DNA of 55,224 bases, taken from the IMG/VR virus record IMGVR_UViG_3300046522_000750; one strand, 5' to 3'. The stretch is from a virus (taxonomy: Duplodnaviria > Heunggongvirae > Uroviricota > Caudoviricetes). Of the stretch, positions 27,265 to 36,671 are shown in pieces (positions within the stretch are counted from its first letter, which is position 1; the number at the start of each line of letters is the position of its first letter). The translations under genes were made by a program, and so were the position numbers. The notes under the pieces are model-generated. The model was given only the letters and a program-made list of their open reading frames with translations, searched no databases and had not been told where the DNA came from.

Positions 27265-27877
27265 CTTGCGTCCCTTTTTTTATGCGGCAGCTCTTCTTAT
27301 CCGAAAAATACGCGTAGCGGTTCTGCAGCTTGCCGTTGTCTTGACTGAAGGTGTCATTCAGAGTCTTGAAGCAGTCCCTGAGGCGTTGCAGGTCATTACC
27401 TTGCAAATGGGTTGGCATGGAGTGTGAAAGTTTCTGGATCGCGCTTGTATTGCTGTTGGCAGCTTCCAGATAAGCGACTGCGCTTTTTTCATTCCCGTCG
27501 AAGGTTGGCGCCATGACCGTCAGAAAGCCCAGCAGGTCTGGGTCAGTCATGGTGTCCATGGATTCAAGGAGCAACGCATCGCGCTGGTCGGTCTGCCCCT
27601 GTTTCTCATAGGCCCAGGCCAGCAGGGTTGATGATAATGGAAGCCCTTGTTCAGCCAATGCTTTGAGCTTTGACATCTGATACTCATCGGTGCCCTGCCC
27701 CAATGCCCGGTACGCTTGGGTGCCAATGGCTTCGAACAGCTGGCGATTCTTGATCTTGTCGGAGACCACGTTGTCGACGTGACGGGCCGTCAGGAACGAG
27801 GCCAGAAAGCAGACCACTGCGATGACAGCAGCGCCGAGTAAGCCACCAAAGATGTAGGAGCGCAGCTGACGAGACAT
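27242..27877 (-). CDS. membrane-anchored helical protein
   Basis: single N-terminal TM (IFGGLLGAAVIAVVCFLASFL). Confidence 0.7.
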   Translation of the reverse strand: MSRQLRSYIFGGLLGAAVIAVVCFLASFLTARHVDNVVSDKIKNRQLFEAIGTQAYRALGQGTDEYQMSKLKALAEQGLPLSSTLLAWAYEKQGQTDQRDALLLESMDTMTDPDLLGFLTVMAPTFDGNEKSAVAYLEAANSNTSAIQKLSHSMPTHLQGNDLQRLRDCFKTLNDTFSQDNGKLQNRYAYFSDKKSCRIKKGTQDADPVGT

Positions 27878-28208
27878 AGGGGTGTCCAATGACGGTAGCG
27901 GGCCAGTATAGGGGCTTGAACATTTCACATCAATTGTCATTGCCAAAACAGGCCAGAATCAAGCAAAACAGCGAAATTGAGCACCTTCATGGCTGCATTT
28001 CATGGGATTTCCTGCTTGGGACACCAGAAATCAAACTTGAAACCGTCATTATCTCGCAAGGCCAACAGGTTAGGGTATTCACTGAGTATATCTTCACATA
28101 ATAATTGTCAACAGAATTGCCGATAAATAAAGGAATATTTGAATATGCATTGACAATTTGATAGTGGCTTATTTATATTTCAATCTCACTCAAAAACAAG
28201 GCTGTTTT

Positions 28209-28571
28209 ATGAAACGTACCCCTCTGCTGGTTGTTGGTCTGCTTGCTGCCTCCCTGCTGTCCGGCTGCGCCGGTGTTCAGAAGGTCGCCGACAAGCTCGA
28301 TGCGAAGTCCGGTACTCACATCACCCAGGAACAACTGAACACCTTCGTCAAGGGCAAGACCCGCCAGGAAGACGTGATCAAGGCCATCGGTTACCCGCCA
28401 ACCAAAAACGAAGTGGCTGGCAAGGAAGTGTGGAGCTACCCGTACTCGCTGATCACGGCCATCCCCTTCGTTGGCCAAAATCAGTCCGAGACGACCGTGC
28501 TGGAATTCAACAAAGCCGGCGTCCTGACCAACGCGTACAAAGCAGTGGGCAGCACCAACGGTATCCTGTAA
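28209..28571 (+). CDS. SmpA/OmlA (BamE-like) lipoprotein
   Basis: lipobox LSGC; GKTRQEDVIKAIGYP...WSY...VLEFNKAGVL. Confidence 0.8.
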   Translation: MKRTPLLVVGLLAASLLSGCAGVQKVADKLDAKSGTHITQEQLNTFVKGKTRQEDVIKAIGYPPTKNEVAGKEVWSYPYSLITAIPFVGQNQSETTVLEFNKAGVLTNAYKAVGSTNGIL

Positions 28572-28587
28572 TCGATCCCGGTGCCAG

Positions 28588-28618
28588 AAAAAGCCGAGGC
28601 TAAGTCCTCGGCTTTTTT
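28588..28618. terminator. bidirectional intrinsic terminator
   Basis: AAAAAGCCGAGG-ctaagt-CCTCGGCTTTTTT. Confidence 0.85.
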
Positions 28619-28650
28619 GTGTCTGGAGTTTGACTCAATGTGCTAGGAAA

Positions 28651-29127
28651 TCAGCGGGAAAGTCCTTCATCCACAGCTTTCGCTTGTGGAGTTCTTTGGT
28701 AGTCCGGATGCATCGAGATCAGGCTTTCGTAGATCAGATGCTTGGCGGATTTAAGCTCTGCATCAAGCCCATCCCGGAAACCTTGGGCACTCACTGCCTC
28801 CCCGTCAATCCTGTGATCCTGTGGGCCTTTGCCGAACATTCGCTCTGTGTGGAGAAGCCTGGAAAAGGCCTTCCCATTGAGGGTGAAATCGACCTTTTCA
28901 TCGAAAACCGTCTCCATGCGCTTTCCCCAAAGAAAGTGCGAATGCAGATGCTCGCGAAGCAGCAACGCAGCCGGGCCGGCCACTTCTCGAATCTTCAAGT
29001 CAAACGCGTCTTTATCCATGGACTTCTTGTCGACCATGTAGATTGCACAGCCGGAGCCGTGGCTGTCGCGAGCGCGGTAGTGCCAGAATTCCGAGCCGTT
29101 GAGATTAAATTCGATAGTGTTGTGCAT
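28651..29127 (-). CDS. hypothetical protein
   Basis: 158-aa ORF converging on the terminator. Confidence 0.65.
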   Translation of the reverse strand: MHNTIEFNLNGSEFWHYRARDSHGSGCAIYMVDKKSMDKDAFDLKIREVAGPAALLLREHLHSHFLWGKRMETVFDEKVDFTLNGKAFSRLLHTERMFGKGPQDHRIDGEAVSAQGFRDGLDAELKSAKHLIYESLISMHPDYQRTPQAKAVDEGLSR

Positions 29128-29331
29128 TTCAGATCCCTGGATTGAGCTAATACCTTCAATTTACAGGATGAGCTTCCACCAACAGAAGCGTTGCTCAGGA
29201 TGCGGCACGAGGTTAAGCGCCGTCGCTATTCGCGCCGAACAAGACGATGTCGTCGAGGGATGCCGCAATAGAAAAGCCGGGGACAATGCCTCGGCTTCTC
29301 TGTATCTGCTGAATGTATGCTGCTCGGGCGG

Positions 29332-30117
29332 TTATTTCGCAGTGGCTTCGCTTAAGGCTTTAACCGCCTCTTCAACCGTGTCGCTATGACCCAGCCAGGT
29401 GCAAGCCATCATCAGGTTGCGAGGGAGACCAAAGTCTTCAACGTTCATGCCGTCTGCGTCGATACCGTCGACGTTGGGAACCTGCTCCAACAGCGTTCCT
29501 TCGTTGCTGAAGTAAGCCCAGATCTTCTTTTTCAGAGCCAGGGCCATGCCGAATTCAAACACGGTGCCCGAATCAGGCTCCTTGCCACGGAAGTGATTGA
29601 GGTTGATCAACACCCCCGTGCAATTTCGGATCATGTCCATGTTGGCCTGGCTGATGACCTTGGCCGCGTCAGGGCCTGTGAGGCCTTCAGGAATGGCGTT
29701 GTCGAACGGGTACAGGCCGATCATGCCATGCTCGGCGCACAGCGCCTTAAGGTACTCGCCACGGGCCACGCCGTCTTGGCGGAAAACGTCAGGGCCGGCC
29801 AAGTAAATTCGTTCCTTTCCCTCACGCTTGAGCAGCAGAGCGTTGATCTCAGCCTGAGCCTTGTTAATGATCGCTTGTTGCTGGGCAATCAACTTGGTGA
29901 TGTCGTTGCTGTCGTTCCAGATACGGATCAGGGTCATCTTGTCGACGTCCCAGGTACAGCCCTGAATCACTTCATGCTTGCAGGTTTTGCATTTACCGCC
30001 GCCCAGGTTGGGGTTGCTGTAACCCATGTCTTCAATGCTGATGTCAGTGCCACTGCATTTGATGCAGGGTGCGACATAGACATCCACGGTGGTCTTTACG
30101 GTTTTTTCAATGCGCAT
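29332..30117 (-). CDS. nucleoside 2-deoxyribosyltransferase-family domain fused to an N-terminal Zn-ribbon
   Basis: IYLAGPDVF...LYPFDN...FRGKEPDSGTVFEFGMA; N-terminus CIKC...CKTC...IWN. Confidence 0.85.
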   Translation of the reverse strand: MRIEKTVKTTVDVYVAPCIKCSGTDISIEDMGYSNPNLGGGKCKTCKHEVIQGCTWDVDKMTLIRIWNDSNDITKLIAQQQAIINKAQAEINALLLKREGKERIYLAGPDVFRQDGVARGEYLKALCAEHGMIGLYPFDNAIPEGLTGPDAAKVISQANMDMIRNCTGVLINLNHFRGKEPDSGTVFEFGMALALKKKIWAYFSNEGTLLEQVPNVDGIDADGMNVEDFGLPRNLMMACTWLGHSDTVEEAVKALSEATAK

Positions 30118-30276
30118 GTCGAGCTTCCTGCTGGTGATTTCAGTATCCTTATTATATACCCTTTGAGGCTATAGTCCAGTTTTTGGCCATAGTTTTCTTC
30201 ACTTTTTATAGCAATATTGACAAAGAAACTGACGAAAGCATAAGGTCACTGAACCATTATTCGCTTCAGGTGCGCC

Positions 30277-30474
30277 ATGTCCCACGCAAAAACGCTAGAA
30301 ACCCTCATGACCTTGGGAATGCTGCCAGGTCTCACCAAAGACGCCCAGCTGCACACCTTTGATGAGCCACCGGTTGACGGTGAATGGTCGACCATCATGC
30401 AAGACGCTTTCGCCAAGGCCCAGGTTGCGGCTTCGAAAAAGAAGTCGGGCCAGCCGGCGCAAAACGGGCAGTGA
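30277..30474 (+). CDS. small hypothetical protein
   Basis: 65 aa, GTGA coupling. Confidence 0.55.
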   Translation: MSHAKTLETLMTLGMLPGLTKDAQLHTFDEPPVDGEWSTIMQDAFAKAQVAASKKKSGQPAQNGQ

Positions 30475-30644
30475 GTCTTCAAAAACTCATTGAGCTTTCG
30501 CAGATCCGCGAGCTCGATCAGGCAGGCCTTTTACGGCTTGAGCAAGCCCGCCAGCGCCAGCGTGACTTCGACCGGGCCATCGAAAAACAGGTGGCCAACA
30601 AGGCGGTCGGCCATGAGCTGCTGGCCAAGACCTGCAGTATCTAG
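30471..30644 (+). CDS. small helical hypothetical protein
   Basis: GTG start, MSLQKLIEL...KTCSI. Confidence 0.5.
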   Translation: MSLQKLIELSQIRELDQAGLLRLEQARQRQRDFDRAIEKQVANKAVGHELLAKTCSI

Positions 30645-30664
30645 GCGCCTGATCGTTTCTGAAA

Positions 30665-30964
30665 TTAAGCGTCGGGTTTTGCTGGCTTATCCGCAATGCC
30701 CAGTGACTTGAAGAGCTCTGCGCTATTGGCGAACCTCTGCGTGGGCATTTCGCCGCGATCCATTGCATCGGCTACCGCCTGGGAACGTGCATTGAGCTTC
30801 AATGAGCCTTCAATAGGGAAAGGCAGCTTGCCTTGATAGACCACTTGGCGAAGCATCATGTGAATGGCGCTGGACATGGTGAAACCTTCTTCGTTCAGGA
30901 TTTTCTCTGCCTGCTCTTTGAGTTCGGTTTCGATGCGGGCGCGTACTACTTCGGTTTTGGCCAA
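30665..30964 (-). CDS. RelB/DinJ-family antitoxin (orphan)
   Basis: VRARIETELKEQAEKILNEEGFTMSSAIHMMLRQVVYQGKLPF...RFANSAELFKSL; TTG start after GGAG. Confidence 0.85.
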   Translation of the reverse strand: MAKTEVVRARIETELKEQAEKILNEEGFTMSSAIHMMLRQVVYQGKLPFPIEGSLKLNARSQAVADAMDRGEMPTQRFANSAELFKSLGIADKPAKPDA

Positions 30965-30980
30965 GATGAATTCTCCACGG

Positions 30981-31008
30981 GTTGTAGCTACATTGTAGCT
31001 ACGACAAC
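30981..31008. promoter_or_regulatory. tandem palindromic operator upstream of relB/dinJ-like gene
   Basis: TGTAGCTACA (30983-30992) and TGTAGCTACG (30994-31003). Confidence 0.7.
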
Positions 31009-31114
31009 TCAGTGAAAGCAAGTCATGAAAATCAGTAGTCAACTTTAAGTTGACCACTGGCCACCGCTGGCGCTGATACGCGTAGAATAGAGATATACAA
31101 AAGGAGCACTGATT

Positions 31115-31615
31115 GTGTTGTCACCCGAAGAAATCTCACAGAAACGCCAAAGACTCGTCCGCCAGCATATCGCTGAGAGCGGCATCAGCATTCAATTCAT
31201 CAGCGGCAGCCCATCCTTTATCTACACGGTGGGTATGACCATCATCGGTGCACCAGAGCTGATTTGTTTTGGCCTCTCGCCTGAATCTGTTGTGGATGCT
31301 TTCAACACGTTTTATGAGCAGATTCGCCTGGGCACTCGCAAGAAAGACTTCTCGAGAGAGGACGACATCTGGGCACTCCCCTTTTATGTCGACCCAGTTG
31401 AAACGTCCAAAATGGATGAGTTCGCCACCGCCACCTTTGAGTACTTCGAAGGCTCCGGCATGACACCGACCTTCAAGCAGCTGGTTTGGCCGGATCCAAG
31501 AGGATTCTATCCCTTCGAAGCACAGTTCGATGAGGCCCGCCGAGCCCGCCAGCCGTATTTTGGGACGCGCAAGCGCCGGGACGCTGACCACGACATGTCT
31601 CACGGCTTGAACTGA
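31115..31615 (+). CDS. DUF4262-like protein
   Basis: FIYTVGM...PELICFGL...KQLVWPDPRGFYPFE. Confidence 0.75.
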   Translation: MLSPEEISQKRQRLVRQHIAESGISIQFISGSPSFIYTVGMTIIGAPELICFGLSPESVVDAFNTFYEQIRLGTRKKDFSREDDIWALPFYVDPVETSKMDEFATATFEYFEGSGMTPTFKQLVWPDPRGFYPFEAQFDEARRARQPYFGTRKRRDADHDMSHGLN

Positions 31616-31756
31616 TCCAGCAAGCCCTCAGTGCATCATCGAAGGCCTTCAATATGAAGGCCTTTTTTACGACTTCCAGATGCTGGCTCATTGACTTATT
31701 AAGGATATTGTAATAGAATACCGTTACAAAACATTGACCTTGGTAGGTTCATAAAT

Positions 31757-32761
31757 ATGGCAGCCCTCTATCGAGTGGTGTGGTTTTTCGTGATGGTGCT
31801 GGTCGCTGCACCAGCATTCCTTATGGCGGGTTTTGTCGACGGGGTTTCATACCAAGAAGCCGCCGACATCGTCGCCTCAGGTGTTGATCGACAATTTCCG
31901 CTGCCCACTGGCCTGATCTATTTTCTGACGCCGGCCATCACAATTTTGGCCCGCTTGTTTCCAGCCTCGAGCCTGGTCGCGGTATTCCCTGGGCAAATGC
32001 TCTGGGAGGGCATTGGGATCATCCTCGTGGTTATCTTCTTTGCACTGGTTAAGCCACCGTTCTACGCCGCTGTCGAGCGCAAGTATGGCGCGGTGAGTAA
32101 TGCCAAATACGTAGGCGGAATGAGATCAATGACCTTTGGCCGTGCTGCGGCCATGCTGGTCTGCTTTTGGCTGGTCATGGAAATCTTCTACGGGTTCGCC
32201 CGAAATCCGTTGGATGACCGCTGGGTTGGCGAGGTTAATCTGGTCAAGCCATTGGCCCGAGACCCTAAGCCACTCGACATCAAACTGACCCTTGAAATGC
32301 TTGATCCTGGGTTTGTAATGAATCGTCGCGACGATGTGCGCGAACGCGGTGTCCGGCTGACGTTTGATGGGCCTCAGGTAAGCGTGCTGCGCCAGCGAGG
32401 TATTTCTGAATCGCTGTTTGCCAGTCCCGAGCGCTGGAAGTTTTCGCAAGGTTACTGCGAGTTTCATTCGGAAGAAGCCACTCACGCGGCCATGACTTCC
32501 TACATGAAAGATTACACCTACAACAAAGCCGTCCTTGACCTCATTCCTAAGGGCACCGAATGCCCTCGTTTCGAGTTGGGCGTGGTCAGCTTCAATGAAA
32601 TCAACTACAGGATCATCCGTCCCGGTGAAGATGTGTTCAGCAAAAAAGATCAGGTGTATGCACAACTCAAACGCGACAGTCGTGTAAGCCCTATTCAACG
32701 CCTGATCATGTGGGCAAGGTTCTCTTCGTGGGCTGACCACGCCACCTTCCGCAAAAGCTGA
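31757..32761 (+). CDS. membrane protein with C-terminal soluble domain
   Basis: about 4 N-terminal hydrophobic segments. Confidence 0.75.
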   Translation: MAALYRVVWFFVMVLVAAPAFLMAGFVDGVSYQEAADIVASGVDRQFPLPTGLIYFLTPAITILARLFPASSLVAVFPGQMLWEGIGIILVVIFFALVKPPFYAAVERKYGAVSNAKYVGGMRSMTFGRAAAMLVCFWLVMEIFYGFARNPLDDRWVGEVNLVKPLARDPKPLDIKLTLEMLDPGFVMNRRDDVRERGVRLTFDGPQVSVLRQRGISESLFASPERWKFSQGYCEFHSEEATHAAMTSYMKDYTYNKAVLDLIPKGTECPRFELGVVSFNEINYRIIRPGEDVFSKKDQVYAQLKRDSRVSPIQRLIMWARFSSWADHATFRKS

Positions 32762-32850
32762 TCAGGCGCACGGCTTAAGGCCCTGCGGGGCCTTTTCTCT
32801 CTTATCCAGATCCTGCTAATTTCAATCTCATGCTTCAGGAACCGCCGACA

Positions 32851-33369
32851 ATGACCAAGGATCAGCAATCCTCGCGCCTTCCCTTCATATGCGATGACGG
32901 TGGACGGGCCCAGGCTGGCTTCAAAGGCAAGACCGGCGACTGCGTGGTGCGTGCCCTCGCTATCACCGCCTCCCTGCCCTACAGCGAGGTTTACGCGGCC
33001 ATCGCCAAGGGTGTCGGGAGCGAGCGCAAGAGCAAAGGTGCCACCGCCAGAAAGGGCGTGAATACCCGGCGCAAATGGTTTCAGGATCTGATGGGCGAAC
33101 TCGGCTTTACTTGGGTGCCCACCATGAAGGTCGGCCAAGGTTGCAAGACCCACCTGGCACAGGGAGAATTGCCGTCAGGTCGTCTTGTGGTAGAAGTCAG
33201 CAAACACAGAGTGGCCGTTATCGATGGCGTCATACATGACACCTTCGATCCCTCGCGGGAAACGCAGGTCATCAACCCGGATGGCAGTGTCCGCATCGCT
33301 CACCGCTGTGTGTACGGGTACTGGATGTACAACGAACCATCGACTCGAACATCCGATAGATCGAATTAA
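32851..33369 (+). CDS. phage-type hypothetical protein with putative Cys-His-Asp peptidase-like triad
   Basis: DGGR..AG.KG..GDCVVRA, VSKH..AVIDG..HDTFD. Confidence 0.7.
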   Translation: MTKDQQSSRLPFICDDGGRAQAGFKGKTGDCVVRALAITASLPYSEVYAAIAKGVGSERKSKGATARKGVNTRRKWFQDLMGELGFTWVPTMKVGQGCKTHLAQGELPSGRLVVEVSKHRVAVIDGVIHDTFDPSRETQVINPDGSVRIAHRCVYGYWMYNEPSTRTSDRSN

Positions 33370-33395
33370 CAAGGAAGCGTATTTTGAAAGCAAAA

Positions 33396-33704
33396 ATGAA
33401 GTTTGATCGACTACTTATCTGGGTAGCTCTAACACTCGCCGTTTGCTACATGGCAGTCGTAGCAGATGATGTCAGAATTTATCGAATCTTAACCTCCGAG
33501 CAACATGGGTGCTGCGGCTTTGTCTCAGAAAATCGCCTGGCTCGGCCTGTGACCTATGCCATGGTCGATGAATGGACGACGCCGGTCTGGTCTGAAAACG
33601 CGGTCAGGTCAGAGCGCTGGCTCACCGTGGATGGCTTGGTCAACGGCGAACGTAAGTTCTGGAGGATTCTGGAGCGAGAGCCCATCGTCGCCGTCACTCA
33701 GTAA
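33396..33704 (+). CDS. membrane-anchored hypothetical protein
   Basis: N-terminal hydrophobic segment. Confidence 0.6.
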   Translation: MKFDRLLIWVALTLAVCYMAVVADDVRIYRILTSEQHGCCGFVSENRLARPVTYAMVDEWTTPVWSENAVRSERWLTVDGLVNGERKFWRILEREPIVAVTQ

Positions 33705-33716
33705 TCTGGACAAAAC

Positions 33717-33749
33717 AAAAAGCACCTGGTTTGAGCCAAGTGCTTTTTT
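33717..33749. terminator. terminator of cassette A
   Basis: AAAAAGCAC.TGG-tttgag-CCA.GTGCTTTTT. Confidence 0.8.
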
Positions 33750-33762
33750 AATGGCTTGCGAA

Positions 33763-35082
33763 TCAGTGGCCAGGCCCGTGCGCAAAGTCATGATCAAATT
33801 GAGGCTTGAAACCCCTGAATCCTCGATCATTCTTTTCTTGAGGCTTAGGCATCACTTCTGGCAGTTGATCAACCAGGTCAACGGCTTCATTCATCCGCAC
33901 AACCATCATGTCTTTAACCAGTGTCAGCATGGCCTTCAGGTTTTTTGTCGCGCCGTGATTTTCGATGTCGTTTTGTGCTAATTTGGCTACATCACCATAC
34001 AAACCGTCAAAAATGTCTTTGCTGGACGTAACTGGATGTGCAACAACAGCTTCTTTTAGAACTCTAGAAAACTCGTCGTAGTTGTCGGCGATGAACGCAC
34101 TCATCAATGCGTCACGGATAAACTTGTATCTGTTATAAAGAGAGGTACTTGTGTCGCCTGCAATCATTTCAGACGTGTATGCCTTAAGTGCCTCTCTGAA
34201 TGAATTCTGCATTTGTGTCTGTACAGCAGTAACTTCCGTCCCTTCCGGGAGAAAAAACAAAGCCCTCAAATCTGACGACTGACCGATGTTATGCGCATCA
34301 CTGGCTATGAACAGCTGTGGGAGTAATTTTTTAAATGTATCTAGGCGACCTTCCTTGTACACATCAGAAATAGCACAGTGTCTGATGATCCATGGATTTG
34401 GAGCAAATCCACTGTCCAACTTGGCCGAAAAATAATCTGAGGCATAAAAACCTTTCGGGGCGTATTTAAGCATCTGATCAATTTCAGTCTCAGGAACGGC
34501 ATCAAAAAATTGCTCAAATGATTCCTGGCTAAACTTGAATCCACCATTAAACAAGAACGGCGAATGAAACTTTTCATTAAATGCATTATACCCGTACAGC
34601 GTTTCTCCTAGCTTCGCCTTCTCAATGACAAACCGAACATCATCACTCTGGGCAACGCCTGCTGTAAGTGCATGATGAAGAGAATTCCATATGCTGAAAT
34701 CTTTTGGATCAAGCATGTGTGGCGCAAGGTCTCCTCCGATGCCAAATCGGGCGACGAAATCATCGTACTCCAAGGTAGCGCCGACCATCAGCATCGCCAG
34801 TGCTTTAGACGCATTGGTGATCGACGGTGTGGCGTAGATCGCCTGAAGGATGATCGCCCCACGTTCACTCTCGATTTTGCATTGGCGATGATTAGCGGCG
34901 ATTTCAGCCAGTAGCTTTGTGTAAGCATCACCTTCTTCTGGCTTATGCTTGTAAACCGAGGGGTCTTTCGCCTGCAGGTAAAGCTGTACGAAATCATCAG
35001 CTCTCAGCTGTTCCAGTGCAGTAAGAACCGAAACAAGAAACTTTTTGTTGCCGTACGAAGCTTCAACGTAACTGCTGTTCAT
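33763..35082 (-). CDS. five-paralog array member A
   Basis: ASYGNKKF..SVL.AL..LRADDF..L, GATLEYDDF, QSDDVRF. Confidence 0.9.
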   Translation of the reverse strand: MNSSYVEASYGNKKFLVSVLTALEQLRADDFVQLYLQAKDPSVYKHKPEEGDAYTKLLAEIAANHRQCKIESERGAIILQAIYATPSITNASKALAMLMVGATLEYDDFVARFGIGGDLAPHMLDPKDFSIWNSLHHALTAGVAQSDDVRFVIEKAKLGETLYGYNAFNEKFHSPFLFNGGFKFSQESFEQFFDAVPETEIDQMLKYAPKGFYASDYFSAKLDSGFAPNPWIIRHCAISDVYKEGRLDTFKKLLPQLFIASDAHNIGQSSDLRALFFLPEGTEVTAVQTQMQNSFREALKAYTSEMIAGDTSTSLYNRYKFIRDALMSAFIADNYDEFSRVLKEAVVAHPVTSSKDIFDGLYGDVAKLAQNDIENHGATKNLKAMLTLVKDMMVVRMNEAVDLVDQLPEVMPKPQEKNDRGFRGFKPQFDHDFAHGPGH

Positions 35083-35084
35083 CA

Positions 35085-35111
35085 AAAATCCCTCTGGTTT
35101 CGTACATTATG
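35085..35111 (-). promoter_or_regulatory. repeated -10/RBS leader of cassette A
   Basis: minus strand CATAATgtacgaaaccAGAGGGATttt; 26/27 identical to 38000-38026. Confidence 0.75.
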
Positions 35112-35172
35112 GTGTTTGAGCTGAAGGTGCTGCAATCCGGCCATGGCGCTCAGCCCGCCACTGGTAGCCAAG

Positions 35173-35205
35173 AAAAAAGCACCCGGCGTGATCCAGGTGC
35201 TTTTT
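35173..35205. terminator. terminator of cassette B
   Basis: AAAAAAGCACC.GG-cgtgat-CC.GGTGCTTTTT. Confidence 0.8.
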
Positions 35206-35221
35206 CTGAAACCCCGATTAA

Positions 35222-36544
35222 TCAGAGGCTCAATTCGTCCGATCCAGCCATTCGAGCTTTTTCAATAAAACCCTTGACCCTGTCATCGCGCTTGTTTCGC
35301 TTGTGCTCCTCATACGTAACCTCAGGCATCTGGCACGCCATGTCGACTGCGTCATTCATCCTCGAAACGACAGTGTCTTTTAGAAGCACCAGCATGGATT
35401 TCATATTGGCGGTCGCGCCCTCCTGACGCATTTCCCTTATAAGATAACCGGCAAGGTGAGAATAAAGCTCATCGAACGGATCTCTTCCATCAGTAACCGG
35501 GGTAGCATCCGTCGCTTCCTTCAAAACACTTGAGAAGTGATCGAGATCATTGGCTTTGAAGCTGTTTCTCAGCGTGTCTTTGACGAAAGCAAAGGCGATG
35601 CCAGGCTTCGTTTTGCTAACCTCATTGATAACGGACGAAGCGTAATTATCAAAGGCTTCTTTATAAATCGATTTTATCTCGATTTGTTCCGCCGTGATAT
35701 CCGACTCTTGTTCTCCTGACAAAATCTTAGTGAGCGCTGGCGAACGCACTATGTTGTGATAGTCTGCGTGTTCGATAAACTTAGACAGTAATGACCTGAA
35801 CACTTCCACGCGACCAGACCTGTAAAGCTCAGGGAGAACTTCATAAAGAGTATCAGCATCAGGAATTATATTACTTTCTACAAGTCCGATAAAATAATCA
35901 GTCTCAAAAAAACCTTTGGGAGCAAATGATAGCAGATCAACTTTATGCTCATCTAAAGATGAATCAAGAAATTGAGAGAAGCCTTCATTGGTGAACTTGA
36001 AACCACCGCTATAAAGTTGTGGAATATATACTCCACCAGCTCTTTCATTATTTTTGAATATCTCTTTTGAGATACCCGCTTTGTCAATTAGGAATCGCAC
36101 ATCATCACTGTGAACAAGGCCTGCACGATAGGCTCGGTAAATATTAGTAGACTCTTTGATTTCGTGTTTTTCAAACGCCTTTGGTTCCAGATCGCCACCC
36201 TTCCCGAACCGACTTACAAAATCCTCGTAATCCAGAGTGGCGCCCATCATCAGCATTGCCACGGCTTTCGTTGGATTTGAGATTGACGGGGCAGCATACA
36301 TCGCCTGGATGATGATTTCGGCGTGATCATTACTAAGGTGAATCACGTTCTCATGATACGCGATCTCACCCAGGAGTTTGGTGTGAGGATCGCCATCATC
36401 TTGCGTGAGTTTATAAACCGCAGGGTCTTGCGCCTTAAGGTAGAGCTGGACGAAATCGTCGGCCTTCAATTTGTTTAGTGCAGTGAGCACGGACATGATA
36501 AATTTCTTGTTTCCGCGTGACGCTTCCACGTGATAGCTGAGCAT
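35222..36544 (-). CDS. five-paralog array member B
   Basis: ASRGNKKF, KADDF, GATLDYEDF, HSDDVRF; start MLSYHV after AGAGGG. Confidence 0.9.
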   Translation of the reverse strand: MLSYHVEASRGNKKFIMSVLTALNKLKADDFVQLYLKAQDPAVYKLTQDDGDPHTKLLGEIAYHENVIHLSNDHAEIIIQAMYAAPSISNPTKAVAMLMMGATLDYEDFVSRFGKGGDLEPKAFEKHEIKESTNIYRAYRAGLVHSDDVRFLIDKAGISKEIFKNNERAGGVYIPQLYSGGFKFTNEGFSQFLDSSLDEHKVDLLSFAPKGFFETDYFIGLVESNIIPDADTLYEVLPELYRSGRVEVFRSLLSKFIEHADYHNIVRSPALTKILSGEQESDITAEQIEIKSIYKEAFDNYASSVINEVSKTKPGIAFAFVKDTLRNSFKANDLDHFSSVLKEATDATPVTDGRDPFDELYSHLAGYLIREMRQEGATANMKSMLVLLKDTVVSRMNDAVDMACQMPEVTYEEHKRNKRDDRVKGFIEKARMAGSDELSL

Positions 36545-36622
36545 AATAATCCCTCTGATTTTAGACATTATCCGTGTTGATCATCAATCGACACAACGAC
36601 CTTGAGTTTGATAAATGCAAAG

Positions 36623-36651
36623 AAAAAGCACCGGGTTTTGGCCAGGTGCTT
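36623..36651. terminator. terminator of cassette C
   Basis: AAAAAGCACC.GG-ttttgg-CC.GGTGCTT. Confidence 0.75.
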
Positions 36652-36671
36652 GTGACTCAGGTCGCAGTTGA

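Noticed and set aside
30277-30644. Two small ORFs as the toxin partner of the RelB/DinJ antitoxin
   Set aside because: They are on the opposite strand and have no RelE/YafQ-like features
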